Shown: positions 9,501 through 16,959 of the stretch, piece after piece
How positions within the stretch are numbered: the stretch's first letter is position 1
How the letters are laid out: each line of letters begins with the position of its first letter
Virus record (IMG/VR): IMGVR_UViG_3300017746_000093
Span: 1 to 29,467 of that record
Strand: one strand, 5' to 3'
DNA: 29,467 bases
Source: a virus
Taxonomy: Duplodnaviria > Caudoviricetes
The notes under the pieces: generated by a model
Databases searched by the model: none
Told to the model about the DNA's origin: nothing
What the model saw: only the letters and a program-made list of their open reading frames with translations
Program-made: the position numbers and the translations under genes

Positions 9501-9705
9501 TTTTTAATACTGAAGATGATAATTCATTATTATCAGAACCTCTATTGGTTAAATTAACAGAACTCATTAATTTTAAGAAGGGTGCCTTAGTAGTAAAAGA
9601 TAATAAATCCTTTTCTGATATATTCCCATACTTTCCAAGAGCTTCCTGGCGGACTTCAATCTGGGTTTTGACGTAATCATCAAAAGGTTCTCCTAATATA
9701 TTCAT
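6538..9705 (-). CDS. Baseplate hub-like protein with C-terminal DUF5675-like His/Cys (putative peptidoglycan-acting) domain
   Basis: Follows the TMP, tube-like and LysM genes. Hub-like segments PGYTLLLEFG, GRVTKFNWQFNPDGSYDC, LKLTMDGISG and LNHNIDVAGWTT. C-terminal TVELPWLGNQNNISCVPSGNY...HVLIHE...LAGCIAP. Confidence 0.65.
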   Translation of the reverse strand: MNILGEPFDDYVKTQIEVRQEALGKYGNISEKDLLSFTTKAPFLKLMSSVNLTNRGSDNNELSSSVLKKLVASGINENDISGEKLAKSCILQGGTINSSSSMPEAGLSNGGLNGAYGWGGISERGYVPLPGITNANITYYNNGALSKTVINIKCFSKKQFSLIDVLYMRPGYTLLLEFGHSVYLNNNKELTSADTNLSLPASGFLNGTKTVAQISSLISDHRRTTNGNYEAILGRVTKFNWQFNPDGSYDCQIQLTAVGDVFESLKSNISFSGELSKEAASVKKQTEEYQNIRKKDSSKIIPGKQFAPVLVANAAKSLLDNFLFNEYQRILDGYASLGGKGFKKKQVGFSDSTLFNFNDNISSDDQVVFKGALFFLTNSRGDAGLDQNPRVYMKFGFLLAWVQRNLFLYDEYGIPDLEFDMNFRDLPNDDNFILNIPGQISTEPQKLLIPYRNFSFKDESGGVIGYKNTLINTNLSEEQCGFYNNVKSQYLGRIANVYIATQEISNILSSMKPDENGNIKLLDFLGNITDMMIESMGSINKFRFKISQDGLKIKIIEDIPQRFDEEKTGFTKLIAYGVKPGIEGSFVRDVSLTADLSNDFATMISIGAQANGNQVSADATSFSNYNAGLIDRVTPVKVSSPDLESFAAGSNATIPKKKQVANILVAMAPIFNSMYDTSVYNKEEIDAYKNNMSEAISLALGILTNSNSEGEPQLPAPFFLPFNLKLTMDGISGPKLYQKFKINDEILPPSYEKDGVGLQLTGLNHNIDVAGWTTEFETLSVPESRALGPIQAPPPLEDNTPVYIAGESGGFPQPPEGNETLQEIYENYAKLRIRLTRIYGFNRQVPPETYGNGQTLGIMEVFAEDETTVLATFATVELPWLGNQNNISCVPSGNYLVRNNYRRPKGEPKANNNKAFRLEGNEAGNFAANQIYGNGYIRKHVLIHEAPVAQNWLAGCIAPSFKFNSGNILQPGNTSKENTGTGGGWLQPSLQETTAANAQLISLLHKPTNTAYTDAFFKMEIVNLGGVPDGGLPSLFGSPTNPQTPYNLALSKGLI

Positions 9706-9708
9706 AAC

Positions 9709-10029
9709 TTATTTATTTAAAACATTATAATCGTCTACTATATTTACTATTTTCGTTGGGACTCTAATTTGTGATCCTACAGGTAAAGTAAAAGAACCCA
9801 TATTAATTTTATTAGGATTTGCAATAGAAATAATCCAATACAAATTAACATCCCCATAAAACTGGTTTGCTAAATTATCTAATCTATCCCCAAATTCTGT
9901 TTCAATCCAAAGATCAGTTTCTGAATTTGGAATAAGTGGATAAGTAACCCCATTATAATACTGAGTATTGGGGGTTCCAACGTATTGGTTTTTATTTCTT
10001 AATATTTTTACTCCATTATATCTATCCAT
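9709..10029 (-). CDS. LysM-like baseplate wedge protein (P2 gpX / T4 gp53-like)
   Basis: GDRLDNLANQFYGDVNLYWIISIAN...LPVGSQIRVP. Confidence 0.8.
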   Translation of the reverse strand: MDRYNGVKILRNKNQYVGTPNTQYYNGVTYPLIPNSETDLWIETEFGDRLDNLANQFYGDVNLYWIISIANPNKINMGSFTLPVGSQIRVPTKIVNIVDDYNVLNK

Positions 10030-12224
10030 TATTCCTCTGTAATTGATTGGTTATCACCATCAGATGGGGTATTAGGCTCATATGTAGGGTATTTGTCATT
10101 ATAACTTGTAAAAATACTATCTGATGAATCACTTATGCCACGAGCTAAAGATATAAACCTTTGATTTCCATTATTACTTCCTGCTTCGGTTGATAGAGGA
10201 TTATTTGCTAATGCTTCAGTTTCTTCTTTACTTGTACCTTCTGGTTTTGATGGTAAGAATGTATGAATAGGGGTAAATGAAAACCCGGTTACTTGAATAA
10301 CATGAGGGAGTTCTTGAACACTAGTATCACTTGTTCCTTCACTATTAATTGCAATTTCCCAAGGTGATGCTTCAGGGACTGTATAAGTTAATGATGTAAT
10401 AAATCCTGGTTGTTCATACACATAACCACCTATAGTTAATCTAACTAAATTACCTCTCATAAACCCTGATGAATTATAACTAGGAGCTAGAGTAGAAGCT
10501 AAATAGTTTAATTTTTTATACATAGGTATAAGTTCTGCTTTTGATTGGGCCGCTACAGTAAATGATAAATTCATAGTTCTATTAAACCCTCCATAATTAT
10601 ATAAGGTATCACCTCTTCCGGCATAGTTTACAGGATTCCAAGTAGATGAATAATTATCATCCATACTATCTATAAATGCTCTAAAATGCATATAAACAGC
10701 TTGACTTGGATTATTATTATTAATAGCTGCTATTCTAAATTTTACAGAGTCATTAATAGCCCTAGACCCATCAGCACCGTTTGTATGTACATACATAGGA
10801 TTTGCTGTCATTTTGTCTAAAGCCATGGATTGGCTTGCTGCTATTGAGTAATTCCATACGTTTTTAGACCCATCAAATGTTTCTTTAAACCCTCCCCCAG
10901 ATTTACCAGGCTGACCCATATTTAGTCTTGAATCAATATTTTTAGTTCTATAATTTGGGGAAACTGATAATACTGATGATTTTTGGCTTCCACCCTCAAA
11001 AGGTTTTAAGGGGTCTTCTGTAGGGGGTAAAATATCTTGAGTTGAAGCTGTATATAAATTTTTTCTAAAGTCTGTGGGATCTAACCCTGCTTGATTTCCC
11101 CCAATTACATTTGAACTGTCTGCTATTTGGGATAGATTATAAGTTCTTGAGTTGTTTTTATACAACACACTGGGATTTATTTCCACTGAGCCTGAAAATA
11201 AACTATTAACAGAAGTGGGGAAATTTTGTGTCCAACCTTTCTCTTTTCCTATTACAATAGCTTCCCCATTTACGTCATAAAATAAGCTATCAGAATTTGC
11301 AAAGAAAGCTTGATCCCCCATAGGGAAAGATTTGAGGTATTTGGAAGAAGCATATTCACCACCCCCACTAAAATCTCCTTTAACTAAACCTTGAATTTGA
11401 TCTGTCCATGTCCTTGCTGCTAGGCCTACTTGATAAGTTCCTGCTTCTATTCCACTACCATTTGCATTTGCTAATCCAGTTCTTTGATCTGCAAATCTAA
11501 TATTTGTTTTACCTATCCCTAATATAGATCCTGGTCCTCCACCATAGGAATAAATATTTTGATCATTATCTGTTCCTCTTTCATTAGCTCTATTATTAAA
11601 TATTACTAATTTATTACCATCAGAGGTTTCATTAAACTTTTTAGTAGCAGCTTCATAGGTGTTTAAACCTAATAAACTTAACCCCTCATCTAAACCTCCC
11701 GAAAATAATGAGCCTTCTACTACACCACTCATAGGAGAAAATGGATCTATACCTAATAAATTAGCATGTAACCCCAAACCATTACCTACAGCTTGTGCTA
11801 AAGTTGATATTGGAGTATAAACTCCTTGATTAATATTTCCCCCTCCAGTAGCTGCTAACCCATTAATACCATCTTCAAAATAATAATCTCTTGAACCAGC
11901 ATACCCTAAACCAAATGAAGCTGGGGTTTTTACAGATGTTCTAGATAAAATATTTTGTTTAACTATAAACCCAATCCCTGCAGATAAGTTTTTAGTATCT
12001 ATAAACATTTTAAATAACCTACTTACATCATCTACAGCATTGGTTACCATTTTTAACCCTCCTCTAACTATAAAATCAGGACCTGATCTTACAGGAAGGT
12101 CATCTGATTCTAAACCTTTAGGGATTTCTTTAGTGATGTAAGGTTGATTACTATCTCCCCCGCCACGTTTATCTCTTCCCCAAGGTAGATTAGTTAAATC
12201 TGTTTGGAAGTTAATTAAAGGCAT
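10029..12224 (-). CDS. Baseplate/tail-tube initiator-like protein with long N-terminal extension
   Basis: C-terminal tube-like domain FRAFIDSMDDNYSSTWNPVNYAGRG...RTMNLSFTV...LVRLTIG..PGFITSLTYT; located between the TMP and LysM genes; TAATG overlap with the next gene. Confidence 0.65.
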   Translation of the reverse strand: MPLINFQTDLTNLPWGRDKRGGGDSNQPYITKEIPKGLESDDLPVRSGPDFIVRGGLKMVTNAVDDVSRLFKMFIDTKNLSAGIGFIVKQNILSRTSVKTPASFGLGYAGSRDYYFEDGINGLAATGGGNINQGVYTPISTLAQAVGNGLGLHANLLGIDPFSPMSGVVEGSLFSGGLDEGLSLLGLNTYEAATKKFNETSDGNKLVIFNNRANERGTDNDQNIYSYGGGPGSILGIGKTNIRFADQRTGLANANGSGIEAGTYQVGLAARTWTDQIQGLVKGDFSGGGEYASSKYLKSFPMGDQAFFANSDSLFYDVNGEAIVIGKEKGWTQNFPTSVNSLFSGSVEINPSVLYKNNSRTYNLSQIADSSNVIGGNQAGLDPTDFRKNLYTASTQDILPPTEDPLKPFEGGSQKSSVLSVSPNYRTKNIDSRLNMGQPGKSGGGFKETFDGSKNVWNYSIAASQSMALDKMTANPMYVHTNGADGSRAINDSVKFRIAAINNNNPSQAVYMHFRAFIDSMDDNYSSTWNPVNYAGRGDTLYNYGGFNRTMNLSFTVAAQSKAELIPMYKKLNYLASTLAPSYNSSGFMRGNLVRLTIGGYVYEQPGFITSLTYTVPEASPWEIAINSEGTSDTSVQELPHVIQVTGFSFTPIHTFLPSKPEGTSKEETEALANNPLSTEAGSNNGNQRFISLARGISDSSDSIFTSYNDKYPTYEPNTPSDGDNQSITEE

Positions 12225-12233
12225 ATGTTGGTA

Positions 12234-12536
12234 TTAAAGTCCGGCTGCTCCTGCAGGTAAATTATTTGCGTATCTATTTACTGGTTCTTGGTATGAGTTG
12301 GCTGTCTCACCTAATTGTGAAGTAGATGGATTTGTATACCCCATAGCTCCAGCTCCAAAATTTGTATAAGCTGGGTTTTGTAAACTAGGATCTCCAATAT
12401 TAGAATATTGATTATGAAGTTGAGAATTACCTACAATACTAATAGCAGGATCAGTTAAAGGGTTAGAATTTGGAGATACAGGAACTCCTAAATTAGAACC
12501 ATTTGAGTTAAACATATTTTCAATTGAATTTGACAT
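12234..12536 (-). CDS. Hypothetical protein (late, tail module)
   Basis: 100-aa Asn/Ser/Pro-rich ORF with its own TAATATTTATAA motif upstream. Confidence 0.7.
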   Translation of the reverse strand: MSNSIENMFNSNGSNLGVPVSPNSNPLTDPAISIVGNSQLHNQYSNIGDPSLQNPAYTNFGAGAMGYTNPSTSQLGETANSYQEPVNRYANNLPAGAAGL

Positions 12537-12561
12537 AATTTTTTATTTTAATTGTTATTTT

Positions 12562-12574
12562 ATTATAAATATTA
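12562..12574 (-). promoter_or_regulatory. Putative late-promoter motif TAATATTTATAA
   Basis: Recurrent motif upstream of structural genes (see also 15273, 16935, 19592, 19876, 19925). Confidence 0.6.
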
Positions 12575-15256
12575 ACCTATTTTAGAAGATGCTAATACTA
12601 ATGATTTACCTACTTTAGCTCCATCTATAATAACATCACCACCTTTTTCTATAATTGATATTAACCTACTCATTTTAGCGTTTAATTCTACTAACTGTTG
12701 GTTAGATTGAGTTGTCCCTTGTTGGGAGGTATTACTTGTAGGTGATGAGGTTGCTGGTGGAGTTGATGGTGGTGTAGGGTTACTACTACTCATCATATTA
12801 GATATACCCGGAGCCGCCATGAAATCATCATTTGGGGAAAGTTCAAATAATCCACCCTCTTTTGTTGATATTTGTGTTCTACCATCAGCTGGAGAAAACA
12901 TATCACCTGCTGGTTCAGCGCTACTCATAGCAGCTACTACTGTTGCTATACCAGCAGCTATTGCAATTGCTCCAACACCTAAAGTCATTGCTGATGCACT
13001 GGTGACTGCTGCAACTGCTGCTATACCGGCTTCAATAGCAAGTGCCCCCATTGAAATTACAGCAGCTGCAATAGATGGTAAAATAGATACTACTAAAGCT
13101 GTTCCTACAATTCCAAAAGCTACAGCTAAACCTTGTACTAAAGGATCAGCTTCACTTAAAGTGTCAAAAAATGATTGTGTTGGGTCAAAGAATGAACCAA
13201 TTAATTCTCCTATAAGCATAAAGGCATCGACTATAGGTTGAAGGACAACCATTATACCTTCAATTACTTTTCCAAGCATTTTAAATGCTGGTGCTACAAA
13301 TTGAATTATTGCTGCTCCTATATCCATAATTTTACTGATTACAGGAATTAATGGGTCAGCTAGTTGAATAAATAAATCTGTTAACTTTTCAGTAATAGCA
13401 GTTAATTTTTCTTGTTGTGATACTGATTCTAGTTGATCTAATACTCCTGCTTCAGCTAATTCTTTCTTTTTCTTTTCTGTTAATTCACCGGCTGCTGATA
13501 ATCTATTATATTCAGCTTGGGCCTCACTCATTGTTTTAACATCACCCCCAAATGCTTTTTGTAGAGACGCAAGTTTTTCCTGTTCTATTAACATTTTAGA
13601 CATATCATCTCTAGACAACCCAAATGCTTTAGCCATTGCTTCTTGTTGGATTACATTCATTGCCCCAAACTCAGCAGCTGTACCTACTTCTTTTCTTAAT
13701 TCAGCTGCTAGTTTAGCTTGGTCACCTGCTAATGCTGCGGCTCTAGCTCCTTCTAAATTAAGTTGTTTACCTGTTAATAATTCAGCTTCCATTTCAGCTG
13801 CAATTGAACTTTCAAAATCTAATAACTTACTTTGAACACCTTCTAATTGAGATTGAGAAATACCTAACATTTTAGCTTGAAATACCTGGTTAGCCATTTC
13901 TTTGGTATTCATTTTATTATTTAATATTTGGGAAGCTGACATTTGACCAATACCTTCTTGAATGTCTTTAGCACTTAGTGAAATTGAATTTTGGGCATTT
14001 AATTCTTGAGTAACAGCTGTAACTTTTTCTAATTGATCTTGTATAGAAGTTCCACCTAACATTGCTTTTTCAGCAAATAATTCCATTGCATGTCCTGATA
14101 GACCTGTTCTTTTTTGTATTTCTGAAAATTCAGCTGCAAATTCATTTGAAAATTTAAGAGATGTTCCAAATATTTTATTTAATTCTATTTGGGCAGCTAC
14201 TACATCTTTAGTATTAGTTAACAGTTTACCACTTGTTACTCCTGAGTCAGCAATTTCTTGATTAAATTTACGTGCTTCTTCATATGATATTCCCTGACTT
14301 TTAGCTAATTGACCTGCAGATTGGTCAGCAGATTTAAAGGCTTTAATTACCATATTCAATGCTGTAGTTGCTAAAGCTATAGGACCAAATGCTTTAGCAA
14401 TGGCAGGTCCTAAAGATTTAAAACCTGCTTTGAGGGTTCCAGGGGCTTTTAAAGGTAATTCACCTACTTTAATTTGTTTAGCATTAACCCCAGCTTGTTT
14501 CATAGCTTCAGACATCCCTACACCTTCTGCTCTTAGCTGTTTATATTCACTTATCCCTTTATTTACAGCCATGTTTCTTTCAATTTCAGCTGCTCCATGT
14601 TCCCTAGCAGCTTCTGCTGCCTCTTTAAAAGGACCACTAAATTTACTTAATCCTGGGACTTTTTCCATTATTTCAGATAAACCACCAAAGGTTTTAACCC
14701 CTAAAGCTTTTGATATTCCTTCAGAACCTTTTGCAATTGAATCTATTTGTGTACTTGTTTTTTGTGCTTGTTTAGCTTGTTCTCCTAATGATCTAGCAAT
14801 TTCAGCATTTAATTTTCTACTTTCTATATCTCCTTCTAAAGACATTTTAGAAAATTTAGCTTGTTGTTGTTTTGCTAAAATAATATTTTTTTCTAAAGTT
14901 TGTTGTTGTTTTTTTAATTTAGAATTTGTTTGGGTCAGACCTAATTCATCTTTAGTAACTGCATAAGTGTCTTGTGCTATCTTTGTAATCTGGTTTGATA
15001 TATCTCTAGCTAATTTTTTTTCTGAGTTTAAGAATTTTTGTTGTTTAACTTGATCTTGGAGAGTATTTGCTATATCTTGCTGATCTGAAAGTACATCAGA
15101 ATTAATTCCTCTTCTTTTACTTAAAAGGTCAATAATTTGTTCTTCAAAAGATTTAGTTATGGACATCTCCTTATTAATATCCTTTTGATTGGATTTAGTT
15201 TGAGACATCTCATTATTGAGATCCTTTTGATTTTGTATGTCTTTTTGATCAGCCAT
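12572..15256 (-). CDS. Tail tape measure protein
   Basis: 894 aa, Ala/Gln/Lys-rich and helical, with LLDFESSIAAEMEAELLTGKQLNLE and hydrophobic segments near the C-terminus; directly downstream of tube and chaperone. Confidence 0.85.
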   Translation of the reverse strand: MADQKDIQNQKDLNNEMSQTKSNQKDINKEMSITKSFEEQIIDLLSKRRGINSDVLSDQQDIANTLQDQVKQQKFLNSEKKLARDISNQITKIAQDTYAVTKDELGLTQTNSKLKKQQQTLEKNIILAKQQQAKFSKMSLEGDIESRKLNAEIARSLGEQAKQAQKTSTQIDSIAKGSEGISKALGVKTFGGLSEIMEKVPGLSKFSGPFKEAAEAAREHGAAEIERNMAVNKGISEYKQLRAEGVGMSEAMKQAGVNAKQIKVGELPLKAPGTLKAGFKSLGPAIAKAFGPIALATTALNMVIKAFKSADQSAGQLAKSQGISYEEARKFNQEIADSGVTSGKLLTNTKDVVAAQIELNKIFGTSLKFSNEFAAEFSEIQKRTGLSGHAMELFAEKAMLGGTSIQDQLEKVTAVTQELNAQNSISLSAKDIQEGIGQMSASQILNNKMNTKEMANQVFQAKMLGISQSQLEGVQSKLLDFESSIAAEMEAELLTGKQLNLEGARAAALAGDQAKLAAELRKEVGTAAEFGAMNVIQQEAMAKAFGLSRDDMSKMLIEQEKLASLQKAFGGDVKTMSEAQAEYNRLSAAGELTEKKKKELAEAGVLDQLESVSQQEKLTAITEKLTDLFIQLADPLIPVISKIMDIGAAIIQFVAPAFKMLGKVIEGIMVVLQPIVDAFMLIGELIGSFFDPTQSFFDTLSEADPLVQGLAVAFGIVGTALVVSILPSIAAAVISMGALAIEAGIAAVAAVTSASAMTLGVGAIAIAAGIATVVAAMSSAEPAGDMFSPADGRTQISTKEGGLFELSPNDDFMAAPGISNMMSSSNPTPPSTPPATSSPTSNTSQQGTTQSNQQLVELNAKMSRLISIIEKGGDVIIDGAKVGKSLVLASSKIG

Positions 15257-15272
15257 CTAAAATTATATTTTG

Positions 15273-15284
15273 TTATAAATATTA
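15273..15284 (-). promoter_or_regulatory. Putative late-promoter motif TAATATTTATAA upstream of the tape measure gene
   Basis: Exact copy of the motif, 16 nt upstream of ATG 15256. Confidence 0.6.
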
Positions 15285-15291
15285 GAAGGCA

Positions 15292-15591
15292 TCATTTTCT
15301 TGATGCCTTCGTAACATAATTTGGAGATAGTTTTTGTTTTGGTTGAAGTGCTTGTTTAGGGATTTTTTGTTTAATATTACTATTTAAATCTATATTAGTC
15401 CCCTTCCCTTTAGAAGCTTTTTTCATTGCTTCTTGTTCTGCAGATCTTGCTTCGTGGATTTGCTGGTAGGTAAATCTCCGCAACCATATAGGCATACTAT
15501 AAACAGTATTCCAATCATAACCACCATTTCCATAATATACTATTTCATGGATGGTCTTGAAGAGATTGATCCTATAAGTCGCTGTCAGGCC
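15292..15591 (-). CDS. Frameshift extension ('T' part) of the tail assembly chaperone
   Basis: Frame open from 15606 to 15292 with no ATG until 15495: GLTATYRINLFKTIHEIVYYGNGGYDWNTVYSMPIWLRRFTY... Entered by slippage at the T7 run 15592-15598. Confidence 0.7.
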   Translation of the reverse strand, partial: GLTATYRINLFKTIHEIVYYGNGGYDWNTVYSMPIWLRRFTYQQIHEARSAEQEAMKKASKGKGTNIDLNSNIKQKIPKQALQPKQKLSPNYVTKASRK

Positions 15592-16318
15592 AAAAAAAGT
15601 TGACGGTCATCGGAAGGGTAAGATCCCTTTCGTTGCCGTCACTACTCACATGGTTGAAAGTTAAATCAATATCTGGTTGGAATTCTCTAATATATTCTCT
15701 AAATGCTCTTGAATCTCTAGCTAGCATATAATTATCTACAAATTCTCTAATAGTCTTTACATCACTATCACCATTTATAGAAGTAATCATATATTTTAAA
15801 CGAGTTGATAATTCAGGGGATGCTTTTTTATCTATCTTTTTTAAACCTTTTATTTCAGCTTTAATAGATTTATCATCTCTATTATTTAATAGTTTAAAAG
15901 TAATTTCAACCTTTGAGTGAGGTAGTGTAAATGAAAATTGGTTAGTATTTTTTTCAATTAATACTTCTTCATCGATAAAACGTTGTTCTAACTCTGATAG
16001 ATCTACAGTTACAGTTTCCCCATCATAATTAAAAGTATAGTCTTTACCATACCCTAAAACACGCGCTGCTACCATAATTGCATTTTTATCTCCTACAATT
16101 AAATCATCATAGTTAATTTTTGATACAATTAATGCCTTTAGTAACCTATCAACAACCGTTCCATCTTTAATGTAATTTTGATTAGTTAAAATATCTTCTT
16201 CTTTAGCAGTCATATATTTCATTTCAATGACTCCAGAAGATAAAGGATTGTCTTTAGAATAGACTAAACCTTTTGAGGGGAGGTCTACTTGTTCAGTGGG
16301 TAATTTTAATTCTTCCAT
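15572..16318 (-). CDS. Tail/baseplate hub assembly chaperone (T4 gp26-like)
   Basis: VDLPSKGLVY, MKYMTAKEEDIL, GDKNAIMVAARVLGYG, ending NFFWPDSDL; located between tube and TMP. Confidence 0.75.
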   Translation of the reverse strand: MEELKLPTEQVDLPSKGLVYSKDNPLSSGVIEMKYMTAKEEDILTNQNYIKDGTVVDRLLKALIVSKINYDDLIVGDKNAIMVAARVLGYGKDYTFNYDGETVTVDLSELEQRFIDEEVLIEKNTNQFSFTLPHSKVEITFKLLNNRDDKSIKAEIKGLKKIDKKASPELSTRLKYMITSINGDSDVKTIREFVDNYMLARDSRAFREYIREFQPDIDLTFNHVSSDGNERDLTLPMTVNFFWPDSDL

Positions 16319-16367
16319 ATAAATTTTATTTGTTATAACTTAATTATCATGTATACATACATAACAT

Positions 16368-16394
16368 AAAAAAAAGCTTGACCGAAGCCAAGCT
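16368..16394 (-). terminator. Intrinsic terminator after the tail tube gene, C(UUCG)G tetraloop
   Basis: Minus strand AGCTTGGC-TTCG-GTCAAGCT followed by a run of T. Confidence 0.9.
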
Positions 16395-16419
16395 ATTTTT
16401 AAAAAAATATTTATTGTTA

Positions 16420-16908
16420 TTAGAAATTTAATACGCAATAATCCATTCCGATTGTTAAGTCAATATTCATTGCTTCACCATCAGTGTCCCAATTCATATC
16501 GGCAAATGAACCATCTTTAATAAATGCACCTTTTATAATCCATTCACTAACTACATCACCTACAGGACCTAATACATCTATAGTTAAATCTTTTTTATAG
16601 AAATCACTATACCCATCTCTACCTGTTACTGATTCATGGTGTAATCTAACCCATTCCATTACTGCTTGAGCACCTGATGGTGTAATTGGATCAAATAACT
16701 GCATAGTAATATCATTCCATCTTAATTTACCTTTTACTTTTCTATAAGTATTGATATGATTTAATGTAATTTCATCTTGTGCAAAACCTAATCCACTAAC
16801 ACCCTTTATAATGTAAGATGGAAAACCATCAACATACATTATAAACCTATTAGCTACTTTGGGTTCAAAAGCGGTGAAAAATATTTCGTTTGGGTCTAAT
16901 ACTGCCAT
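16420..16908 (-). CDS. Tail tube protein (T4 gp19-like)
   Basis: FEPKVANRF, KGKLRWNDITMQLFD, MEWVRLHHESVTGRDGY..YKKDLTI, WIIKGAF; directly after the sheath. Confidence 0.9.
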   Translation of the reverse strand: MAVLDPNEIFFTAFEPKVANRFIMYVDGFPSYIIKGVSGLGFAQDEITLNHINTYRKVKGKLRWNDITMQLFDPITPSGAQAVMEWVRLHHESVTGRDGYSDFYKKDLTIDVLGPVGDVVSEWIIKGAFIKDGSFADMNWDTDGEAMNIDLTIGMDYCVLNF

Positions 16909-16934
16909 TTTATGTTTGTTTTATTTTTATTCAA

Positions 16935-16946
16935 TTATAAATATTA
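16935..16946 (-). promoter_or_regulatory. Putative late-promoter motif TAATATTTATAA upstream of the tail tube gene
   Basis: Exact copy of the motif in the sheath-tube intergenic region. Confidence 0.6.
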
Positions 16947-16959
16947 TATTTTCTAATTC

